Shown here in pieces: positions 36,239 through 46,638 of a stretch of 64,000 nucleotides of DNA; the stretch's first letter is position 1; each line of letters opens with the position of its first letter. The notes beneath the pieces were generated by a model. It ran no database searches. It was not told the origin of the DNA and saw only the letters and a program-made list of their open reading frames with translations. The DNA is from Takakia lepidozioides (lineage: Eukaryota; Plantae; Bryophyta), in the NCBI GenBank assembly GCA_030704615.1, contig CM060734.1:43462001-43526000 (forward strand). The letters are read 5' to 3'. The position numbers and the translations under genes were made by a program.

Positions 36239-39200
36239 ATGCCGAAGGGGAGGAAGCAGATGCGTCTACAGGAGGAGATTGCCATCTCCGAGCAGCAGGC
36301 CACTCAGGCAACCCAGCCACCAGTGAGAGCTCCATGCGATCGGGCTGCGGGCAGCTGATCGAGCACCGAACCCCCCATTTTTCTTCTGTAATTCTTAGAC
36401 TGAATGCTAGGAGACTTGAATGCAGAACATGTTTGCATGCCTAACAGGAAAGGTGGACGTGCTGGAGGGATCGCAGGAATCCGAAGAGCCGCAGGAAGAG
36501 TCCGAGGAGCTAGCTGCAGCACGTACACCCACCCGATCCCCGAGCGCGGGTATTCCTGCCGGGCCTAGCCCTCTGCGATTCAAAGACGCGTCTTCGAAGG
36601 GCAAGTTCAAAGTCCCAGAGATCGACTCGCGTTCTTCGGTCATGGAGAATCGCCAGCAGGGGTCGGGCCCTTCTCCAGCAAAGTCGAAGAAGAAGCAGCC
36701 CGTCCCTCTACTGGCTTCTGAACCGGCTCAGGCCGATTCACCCCCCCAACGCGAATGAAGCAGCAGGGTAGAAGACAGATTCAATTGCAGCAGACACCTT
36801 CACCTGCAAGGATGAGGAAGCAGAAGGCAATCAGGGCGACGGGCGAACAATCTCCCGCAAAACCGCTTCCACGAGCTGAAGCTCAGTTCCTGGAGGATTT
36901 CCCGCCTGCAGATGTTGGGGCCGACTCTGCTGCAGCGAAGGCAATGGGATCGACCGTTGATCTCGATTTGGTACCGGAGGAGGGTGCTGCCGCTCAACTT
37001 TCGCAGCAAGACCTCACCACCGATGAGCAAGCAGGCCCGGAGGAGGCCTCTGCAATGGCAGAATTGCCCGCAGACAGGCCCCAGAGTGCAGCTCCAGTTG
37101 AGGATGCTCCAGCTGCTCAGCCACTACCGGCACCTACAGACATGTCTCCGGAGGATTTCAAAAGTGCAGCGGATAAAATGTTGGAGGAGACACACAGTAG
37201 CATTGGCAGAGTTCTGGGCAGCAGGGTATTCCAGCGGACTCTTCGAATCCCACTCTGTCGCATGGTCTCCCTTCCCATCGTCAGGCAGGCCCTTCCCGGA
37301 GATGTGGATAAGCTCAAGTTCGCATTTCGAGAAGGGTACCGTCTGGGATCGGCAGCGTTTTACGTTTCCATTGAGAATGAGGACGGCGAAACTCGTGGAC
37401 CCACTGCCGATGAATTGTCAACGTGGGATACCCACTGGCACACTCGCAACCACGAATTCGAGGCGACGCTGAAGGGTGATCCCGACTTCGGCCATATGTC
37501 GGGTAAAATGTTCTTTGTGTGGGACGGGAATCACCGACTTCTCGCCTGGTGGGAGTACATCAAGCAGAACCATGCCAAGCACATTGGCTGGCATTACATG
37601 GTGGAGTGTGTCATCCTCAAGGTGAAGGCGGCAGACTCCTCCCTGCTCAAGAATGCCATGGCGGACCTCAACTCGTAAGATACTCATACCCTCCCTAGCA
37701 CGTTCGAAATGCGGTGCCGCATTTCGGTTTCCATTCTGGTTTGTTTCCGTGCTTCCGTGTACTGAACTGGAGAGTGTGCCTTGCAGGGTCACTGAAAATG
37801 CGTACGTGCATACCCACATGGCACACATGCTGTACAGGGTGAGGAAAACTGGTCTCACTGATCCGCAGATGTTTGCGGAAATGCTGGAGCCCGAGCTCAT
37901 TCAGAAAGCCGTTGCAAAAACAGACCGGACATGGTATCGTCTCACTATGGATGGAATGGAATGGTGGAGGTGATATACGAAGTAAGTCGTCCTCCAATTT
38001 CCCTCTGCTCATCCTTCCCCAATTTTCAGTAATGTTTCCACATGAATCGAATGTAACGCTTCTGCATGTTTTTGTTGGCAGTCAAACATCAAGCTGGATT
38101 TGGCCCATGCCAAACGCTTCTTCATGGAAAGTGAGGGGCAGGTGAAAACGTTGCAGTCATTGACTGAGCACTTGAAGGAAGCCGGTGTCAAGTCCAGAAC
38201 CAAATACAAGTCAAAGCTTGTGAAGCTGGTGGCAATTGCAGATCCGGCACTTGGAAAGGACTTCATCCCCGAGATTGCAAAACACTATTCTCGGGCCATG
38301 CAGCCGACCATGCAATTGGAGAAACTGCATCACCTCTCAACGGCATGTGTGGAGGCGAAAGAGAAGGTGAGGTTTCAATGCACTGAAGTTCCTTCCTAGC
38401 AATAGCCACTCTCTTCCAGCTCCTGACATTGGATCGGAAATGGCAGACACGGTGGCTGTCGATCTGGAATGCATCCGAGAGCATAAGGACAATGTGGTCT
38501 TTTCCACTCGAAGTTTCCGACCCTGCAGTGGATGTGTGGCTCAACTTGGTGGTTCCAGGTAATTCAAGGTACTTCCCCAGATTTGCTTTTCTGACATGAA
38601 TTCCCTGAACTGCTACGTGACAATGAATTTGGGAATGGCAGGTAATGTCGAATGCGAAGGAGCAAGTCGTAATGCACACAAATTCGTTCGGCTTGTACGT
38701 CAAATGGGATGGAACACAGACATTGGAAGACTACGTGACACGTTTCAGATGTGCGTACAAGGACAACCTTTTCGCCAGAGAGCTACAGACAGCAAGAAGG
38801 AGCGTGGAGTTTACACATCAGGAGGGAGCGGGGAAAGCTGCAATGCGAATTGTTTACAGGTGAAGCACAGCTGCCCTTGTATGCGAAGCCTGGTTACGAG
38901 GTTTGTCTCGGAAATGCGGCACCGCATTCGCATTTTATGTTTTCGGTGGCACTCTGCCCGTAGGTTGGTCTCAACTTTTGCTCACGCATGCTGACTGCCT
39001 TGCAGGTATATGAAATACGTGCTCCTTCAGACAGGGGCCCTGGCTCAAGAGCCCCCGTTCTTCATGGCTTGGACCGTGGCGGGCCCAAGCTGTGTCTACA
39101 CACCCGAGATGCAGAAACAATGGCATCCCGCGCATCTCGTTGGATGCCCGTGGTACCTGGACATGTCTGGCGGTATTGTTGACGAGTCTGAGAAAGATCT

Positions 39201-41359
39201 GCACGCCTTGGCAGAAGAGAAGAGAAAGGAAAGACGTGTCCCTGCTGGGCCAAAGTCGGCAAAGGAATCTGCTGCTCTGGAAGAATCCAGAAAGGCAGCT
39301 GAGATGGCACAAAAGACGGTGGATGCAGCTGTGCAGGCCCAACAGAAGGGGTCGAAGAAGAGGACTCGCCAGCAAGGAGCAGCTGTTGTGACACCCGCCA
39401 AAACGAAGAAGCAGAAACAGCCTGTTCAGGAAGAGGGTGAGGAAGAGGACTCCGATGGAGACTTTGCAACCAGCCCACCCCCCCAAACGCAGGCTGCCTC
39501 CCCTGTGCCCACCGTTGTCACGAGAGGCACGAGAACTGGCTCGGCAAAGAAGGCACTCTTCAACCCCCCAGGGGGGCACCCTTTCGAGCCGGTGGAAATG
39601 AAGAGGCCGAAAGTGGCTCCCGAAACTGTAGTCCAGTGTGTAAATGAGAGTTTCTTGGCGGCTTTGGATGGACGGGCAGCCAAGTTGGCATACCTGAAGA
39701 CCATGGAGGGTCTGAAGGGCAGAGCACTGAAGAAGGCGACTGCCGAAGAGCCTTCCGACACCCCAGGATTTCAGAATATGGTCTCGTTCTTTGAGAGGGT
39801 GTGTGCAGACAAGGATTGTAGGAGGGGCGGAAATGCCACTGAGTGGTCTTGCGATATGATCATCTTGGATATTCCGGACGGAGAGCCTGTGGAAGGACTG
39901 CAAGCTTTGCCATCTTGGAACAGGTACTCGGAGGACTTTTGGAAGAAAGGATTCGGGCTTGCCCGCATGGTGTTGGACGACAGAGGCTGTGTGGTTGTCC
40001 TGGCGAGCAGAGGAAAAAACACTCAGACAGGAATTGCGAAGTGGACCCGCAAGAGCGCCGTCCCGATTCTGAAAAAGAAGTGGACGTGCATCAACACACT
40101 GGGCCTTCGGTCGGAAGGGAAGAAGGTGATTACGACACTGGCACTCGTCCATTCATTTGCTTGGGTGTTTTCAAATGCGGTGCCGCATTCGGTTTCTAAT
40201 CGTTTTCCCCCTGTGTATGCAGACGAAGCAGTTCGATGCATACTGCTTTGTGAAGGAGAACTCCACCTTTGCTTTCCGGAAGGAGGGAGGAAAGGTTGAC
40301 CCGAACTGCGACCCACTCGATTACGACGTTCTGTTCAACAACGTTCCCAAGGAACTTCTCCCTCATAGCCTCACTTCAACGGAACCCCTGCGGTACTCAC
40401 GGACTCGGAGCCCTGCCTTCATTCAGACAATTATGGAGACATGCACAGACGTGGAGGGCACAGTGCTCGACCTCATCTGTGGGACAGGTATGCAGAATCT
40501 TGATCTCTGTTGTTCTGCAAATTCTCGTTAGGATGTAGTTCGCAACATCTGAAGCGCCATGTGGTAATGTGTGGATGGCATTGTAACAGGTGCCTCAATG
40601 TGGGCTGGGCGGTTTTCCGACCGGCACCTCTTTGCCTACGAGGAGGATTCATCCGTGTGGGGATCCCATCTGGAGGGGCTGCAACGGAATGTGAAGGCTC
40701 CCGACAGAGCGGAAGTCTCCTCGGATTCGTCGGAGTCCGAGGAAGACACAGTGGACATTGATGCGGAGGAGAACCCGGAATACGAGTGAGTGCAAACATT
40801 GTAAGTTTGCAAAGCCTTCTGGGTCATTTATGTCAAACGAATTTCCCGACTGTGGTTCTCATTAGTCTCGTTGATGATTGTCATGTGCAGGATTGCAGGG
40901 TCCGGGTCGAAACATGTAGGGCCTACACTTCCTGCCAGGAAGAATGTCCCGTTCTTTGCGAGGGCCGATTTCATGACGAGCCCGGTGAGGGACTACTCCC
41001 TTCCTAGTTATGCAGCTAAACTCGCAAATACAGCGATTAGAAGAAGTGAGAATCCCAGTAAAGTAGAGCAGATTTTGGAGAGGGCTAGGGAGGACAGAAG
41101 GATAAGGAAAGAGTTGGCAGCAGCTCAGACAGGTAGACGGGTACGAAAGCACATATGTGATTCAGCGGATGAGAGCGACGCAGACAGGGAGGAAGACGAC
41201 CCAACGGAGGTGAGATGGACAGTTCCGCAAGGGGAAGATGGGATTTTCGAAAGCCTGGCCAACGAGCAGTCCGCTGGAGATGAGAGAGGCACTGAGGGGG
41301 TGGAGGAGGAGCAGGACAGTCTAGAACAGGATGAGGATTCGGATGATTTTCAAGATTAA
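36239..41359 (+). CDS. Multi-exon gene: ParB/Srx-like domain plus C-terminal N6A/N4C-methyltransferase-like fold (probably slightly decayed)
   Basis: IPLCRMVSLPIVR, FFVWDGNHRLLAW (DGNHR 37523-37537); DMIILDIPDG (~39853-39880); RMVLDDRG; SPAFIQTIMETCTDVEGTVLDLICGTG (~40410-40490); RHLFAYEED. Several GT-AG introns; exon borders approximate. Confidence 0.72.
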
Positions 41360-41495
41360 TAGAATTTTAATGAAGTCTCTGTAAATGTAAATTCTCTTCC
41401 AGAGTATATAAAGGAAATTCTGCCCGACATTCGTGACCCCTCTCCAGTGTGCATTCCAGCCACACAATCGCCCAAACCACGACGCTCCCAAAATC

Positions 41496-42326
41496 AGAAA
41501 TGGGGCACCGCATTTCCAAAACAGGGGAACTCTAAGAACCTCTTTTGGAAATGCGGCACCGCATTTCCAAAACAGGGGAGGGACTAAATTTTCCATTTCA
41601 ATGTTGGCATAGTAAAAAGTAATCTGAATTGGAAATGCGGTGCCGCATTTCCAAAATTTCCTTTGTCCACACGCCAGTTTTGGCCTCTCCCGCTCATTGC
41701 ATGGATGCCACCACGCTTACAGAGGTCGAACAACGAGGTCGAACAAGGAGGTCGACATGGCGGGATTGAAAATGCGGTGCCGCATTTCAGTATTGGGGAT
41801 GGTCGTTGTTCGAACTGCAAGCCCATCAGCAAAAAATTGGCACCGCATTCCATTGTTAAAAAAAAGTCGATGACGGACATGGAAATGCGGCGCCGCATTT
41901 CCAGAACGGACATCGCAATTTGTCCATTTGCAGACCCTCTCTCGGAAATGCGGTAACGCATTCCATCGCGCTGGTCGGAAATGTCACACTTTTCGAAGTG
42001 TTGTACGGAAATGCGGCACCGCATTCCCTTGTCCAAAAAGAAGTTTCCATTGCCAAGCTGGAAATGCGTCGCCGCATTTGCAATGCCAACCTCGTTTTCT
42101 GATCAATTTATAGACCCGTGTTGGTATTTCGTGTACCTGGACGGAAATGATGCACCGCATTTTCTTGTCGGACATGGAAATGCGGTGCCGCATTTCGATG
42201 TCCGACATGGAAATGCGGCGCCGCATTTCGATCCCGACATGGAAATGCGGCGCCGCATTTCGATCCCGACATGGTAATGCGGCGCCGCATTTCGATGCCG
42301 ACATGGAAATGCGGCGCCGCATTTCA
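41496..42326. repeat. Second cluster (15 copies) of the same 22-bp palindrome
   Basis: Starts at 41496, 41547, 41631, 41768, 41831, 41881, 41944, 42007, 42060, 42143, 42176, 42209, 42241, 42273, 42305. Confidence 0.95.
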
Positions 42327-42582
42327 ATGTCCGACATGGCGTTACTCTGGTATATTCTTGACACATGACTCACATACCGGTTACTCTGCTATATTCATCC
42401 GGACAGACACGTTGTAGAAATGAGACATCAAATTGTAAACAGTGGGCCAATTCCGACAGTTATTCAACACAATGAAACACAATCATATAGAAGTGAGGTA
42501 CGATGGGTTTATTGATCGGACACGATGTCTCTCATTTACCAACTGCAGACAAAACTAAGCCCTTCCTCCTTCTACATGGGCT

Positions 42583-43161
42583 TCACCAAGTCGACGGAAC
42601 TTCGATACCCCTCAAAACAAGCTCATCACTGCTGCGGCACCTCGAGGTAAACTGCAATTCGGTCGTTCTGCTGCCCTTGCTGGAGCCGACGACAATGTCA
42701 TGTCCATCAATGATACCACCATCATACATTGACAAGGTCACTGTGGGCCTCATGTGCCCTTGCGATTCGTCTTCGCAACGCAGCCGAATGTCTCCATACA
42801 CTGGAAGAGCGGAGTGATCTGCACGTATATAGTTTTCCCCGGTGCCGTCCTCCCTGGTCCACTGGCAGCAGTTCCAGCGCCAAAGCGAGGCCGTGCGTGA
42901 TCTATCCGGCATCCCTTTCCAGCTTGGTATATAGAGGTCAACAATTTTCAGGACCCACGGACCGCATTGATCCTCGCCCTCACCTCGCTCAAAGCGGTAA
43001 TAGCCCTCTAGATACTCCATTGCGCGCAAAGACTCTTGCTTGATTCCAGCAGCGTCTGTGAAAACAGAGAGCCAGACAATGATGTCTCCTGATTCTGGTT
43101 TGAACATAGCATAATCGTGGCCATGATAAGGGCAGTCGGCTGGATTTCGGCGGCACGGCAT
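42583..43161 (-). CDS. Unknown ~190-aa protein, paralogue A
   Basis: Open ORF from MPCRRNPADCP; aligns over its full length to 43712-44275. Confidence 0.75.
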   Translation of the reverse strand: MPCRRNPADCPYHGHDYAMFKPESGDIIVWLSVFTDAAGIKQESLRAMEYLEGYYRFERGEGEDQCGPWVLKIVDLYIPSWKGMPDRSRTASLWRWNCCQWTREDGTGENYIRADHSALPVYGDIRLRCEDESQGHMRPTVTLSMYDGGIIDGHDIVVGSSKGSRTTELQFTSRCRSSDELVLRGIEVPSTW

Positions 43162-43711
43162 CCTTGAAAAAGAGTAGCGGAGTACGCTCAATGACAGCAG
43201 CTCCCGGATGGAGGAGGAGCAGCGCGGTGGCTGGAAAAAGTTCAAGCTAACGCTGCAATTCCTCACAAACACTCCAGGGCACATTTAAATTTCCCCCCTA
43301 CAGGATCCTGGACCGATGAAGATTGGCTGCTGCATGAATGTAGCCGTTTCTGTTTCCTACCCTGCCATGCAAACTATGGGCAGTCACTGCCAGGTGGGCC
43401 GATAGCCACTGGACACGACGAAGTCCATCCCCTCTTCGATGTAAATGCGGCGCCGAATTTCCATCCGGGGGGATGGACTTCGGTGGCAGATCTCAAACTA
43501 TAACTTGTTGATGAGAAAGATGTATGGCTTCATCCACCGCTGGCGTGATGAACACGTTCCACCTCCGTCGGTGGGTACGTGTGACCCAGATGCTCCATTA
43601 TTGGAGGCCGGACTGCTCTTCCGCTTCGTATCATTTCCAAAATCTAAGGGCTTCGTAGCTGTCCGCAAGGTCATCGGCATCCAAGTCGTCCTCAGGTCCT
43701 CCTTTGCAAGG

Positions 43712-44275
43712 ATGCCGTGCTTCCGGAACCGGGACGACTGCCCCTTTGGAGGCATCGATTATGCAATGTATTCGGCCACATCGGGAGACATTGTTATCTG
43801 GTACACAGATTACACAGAAGATACTGGTTCGATTGTGGAAACATTGGTGGCTTTTGAGTATATCGTAGGCCACTACGCCTTCGAGCGGGGTGACGATCTT
43901 GGTCTGAGGAGTCCGTGGCTCCTACGCATCCTCGATTCCGATTTTCCCAGCTACGACGGTCACCCATGCAGAAGAAGGCGCACTGCTATGCTGTTGCGGT
44001 GGAACTGCTGCCACTGGACGTGGGTGGACTCCATCGGAGAGACCTATTCTCCTCGAGGAGTGCGCTCCTCTTCTCCATTGTATGGGGACATTCGCATTGG
44101 TGTGGACGACGAAAACGTGAAGATTTCCATATTCGATGGTGGTATGATTGAAGGGCAGGACATTGTGGTGAACATCACTAGGGGCGGTACAACGGCTGCA
44201 ATCGACTTTACATGGAGGAGCCCCATGACTCATGAGCTAGTTCTAAGAGCAGTCGAAGTCCCATTGACAACGTGA
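43712..44275 (+). CDS. Unknown ~190-aa protein, paralogue B
   Basis: Open ORF from MPCFRNRDDCP; shares DYAM, SGDI, FERG, RWNCC.W, YGDIR, DGG.I.G.DIVV, ELVLR..EVP with paralogue A. Confidence 0.75.
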   Translation: MPCFRNRDDCPFGGIDYAMYSATSGDIVIWYTDYTEDTGSIVETLVAFEYIVGHYAFERGDDLGLRSPWLLRILDSDFPSYDGHPCRRRRTAMLLRWNCCHWTWVDSIGETYSPRGVRSSSPLYGDIRIGVDDENVKISIFDGGMIEGQDIVVNITRGGTTAAIDFTWRSPMTHELVLRAVEVPLTT

Positions 44276-46638
44276 CTTGTATTCAGTAGGCACAGGGCTG
44301 AAGATTTGATGGCACAATCAGCACAGTAGACGTGCTTCAAATGCAATTCATGTGGATCAATAAAAACCTCATTGTGCCCTCTTTTTATTCTATTCTGTGT
44401 CCATCGTTCCGAGAATGCGTCATTGCTCATTTCGTTTGGGATTGGAGTGTGGGTGAATTTTGCAAATGGCTGGTAGGCTGAAATGGGCCCCCATTGTACA
44501 GAGCAGTACCACCCTACCATTCGCGAAACATTGCCTTTCAATATATAATTCTAAATAACATTGCCGAACCTCCTTCATCGGGAGGTCCTTCTCCCCCTAT
44601 GACCGTGGCACCCTAAACCCTATTCCCGCGGACACTCATTTCCGGAAAATAGTGCTGCTCATGTTTTTTTCCACACTTACGACTCTGCTCATGGCTCATG
44701 CCGCTCATGGCTCATGGCTCATGAAATAGCAGCCCCCTGCACACACCACCAAACCCCCCAAACGCTACACAAATAAAAAGTAACTATGAACACCTGGACA
44801 ACTATACACAACCCCACCAGTATAATTGGCAGCCAAAAATAAATAAATAAATAAAATGGCAGCCATTGTATGCAGATAGAGCACTGAAGCACCTGCGGCC
44901 AGGCGCCACATTCAGCAATCCGTTTAAAACCCAAAACACACAAGCAAGTAACATTGTAGCCCTTCTAAGAACCACATACTCCACTCAACCTATACACAAG
45001 CGGTTATATAACCACTTTTAGGAATCCACAATGCCCTATAACCACATACCAATTACAACAAGGCTTAGCCCTCATTAAATGGTCCCTGCAAATTGCACAA
45101 TTTGAGGCAGACTGAGCACCAATTACAAACGTCATCCAGCTATGCTATGATCCCAAAAAAACAGTTGCAATCTATGCTGCCCCATGAGAATAGCCTTGGC
45201 CCCCTCTATTACTATCAAAACTCATCCATAAACACCCTGCCACTACAGTACATCACTCAAAATAAACTGTCACATGGTACATTAAGCCCTTATATCATCA
45301 CTAAGTGCGAACCATACAATGACTGCTCCCCCCAACTGCAAACCACCACGCCAATCCTGCCCTCTCACGGCTGCCCCCTTTGCTCTGATCTGCGTCAAAT
45401 CCCACATCCAGCTCCTCCTATCGTACAAACCAGCCTGAACACTGCTTCTGTATACATACTATTGAAACCTCCCCATGACACATCTGAAGGTCCCTCAGAT
45501 CTTTATAACCAACCAGCACAAAAACAACTATGTCCCCCCCTACTTCACCCACCACGTACCTTTGTTGATTCCCCTCACGGACCCACGCAAACATTAAATA
45601 CTGCACAATATGTGCCAAACACATGCAACTATCTATAGTTAATTGTTGCATCAGCCCTCATGCAGCAGATCTGCTCCATCACTGGCGATATACCCTCTAA
45701 GGCTGAAATCTGCACTCACCTCCATTAACATATCTTACTGGCCAAATGCTCGACAAATAAATCATATTCACAAATCTCTGAACAACTATGCACAACCCAT
45801 AAAACTACACGATCGCACAGCCAAAATATACCCCTTGGCACCCTAAATGTTGGCTTACCTGCTTAATCTTTAGTGCAATAGGGTCTCCTGAATACCAAGG
45901 ATATGATGCCCTTTATACACCTCATCTTGGCTATCTACGATGGAACTATGCAACAAGACCATGCAATATTAGACTATGTTACCCTTCTGGCACCTCTAAA
46001 GCCAACAATTACTGTTGTAACGCCATACGTCGTCCAAGATTATTGCGCAACAAACCGCCAAGGTTTTACCATACTATAAAAGCCACGAATCATCTATCTA
46101 TACCCTCAGTACAGTACACTTACATGAAATATGGAATAGCCACAAACAATATCATGCACCATCAGCCCACACCCTAGTCCAAGTAGCTTCCACTTCATAA
46201 ATCAAACAACAACCCAAAACCACCAAGCCTACAACCAAACTAGACTATCAATGCACATGACAGCCTTAAATCCCCACACAATGCTATCTATATGCTACCA
46301 AACACAAATAGCATATACCAGACTAACGCCACATTCCAAACAGCAAGCTCAGATGATAGACATCTACATCAGATCCAAGAAGTTGACTCATCCCATTCAT
46401 GAACTTGAAAATAGTTTTCTCAGACTCCCACTACAATGTAGTTGCCTTTGCTGCTGCATATTAAGACTGACCCCTCATACAGATTGGTCCCATGAGCACA
46501 TATCTGCTCACACAATAAAAACCTCCTGATGACTCCCATCCTCTTCTCCGCCTCCCGATAGGGGTTAATTTACTAGCCACAATCAAACCATACCAGCTTA
46601 AATACGTGCATACCCCACCCCTCCCCTCCCCAAATACC

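Larger units (their letters stand above)
29224..44729. mobile_element. Large (~15.5 kb) DNA transposon with GCM/MULE-type transposase and cargo genes
   Basis: 13-bp TIR CTATTTCATGAGC (29224-29236) / GCTCATGAAATAG (44717-44729); tandem CATGAGC subterminal repeats in opposite orientation at both ends. No clean TSD. Confidence 0.85.

Noticed and set aside
38971-40152. 393-aa minus-strand ORF
   Set aside because: Antisense shadow of the GC-rich ParB-MTase exon.
36239-41359. Bacterial or phage contamination explaining ParB and methylase
   Set aside because: The genes have GT-AG introns and lie within nested plant transposons.
44730-46638. Gene in the C/A-rich segment (ORF 45093-45638)
   Set aside because: No recognisable motif; the composition suggests decayed TE sequence. 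Could not be assigned.
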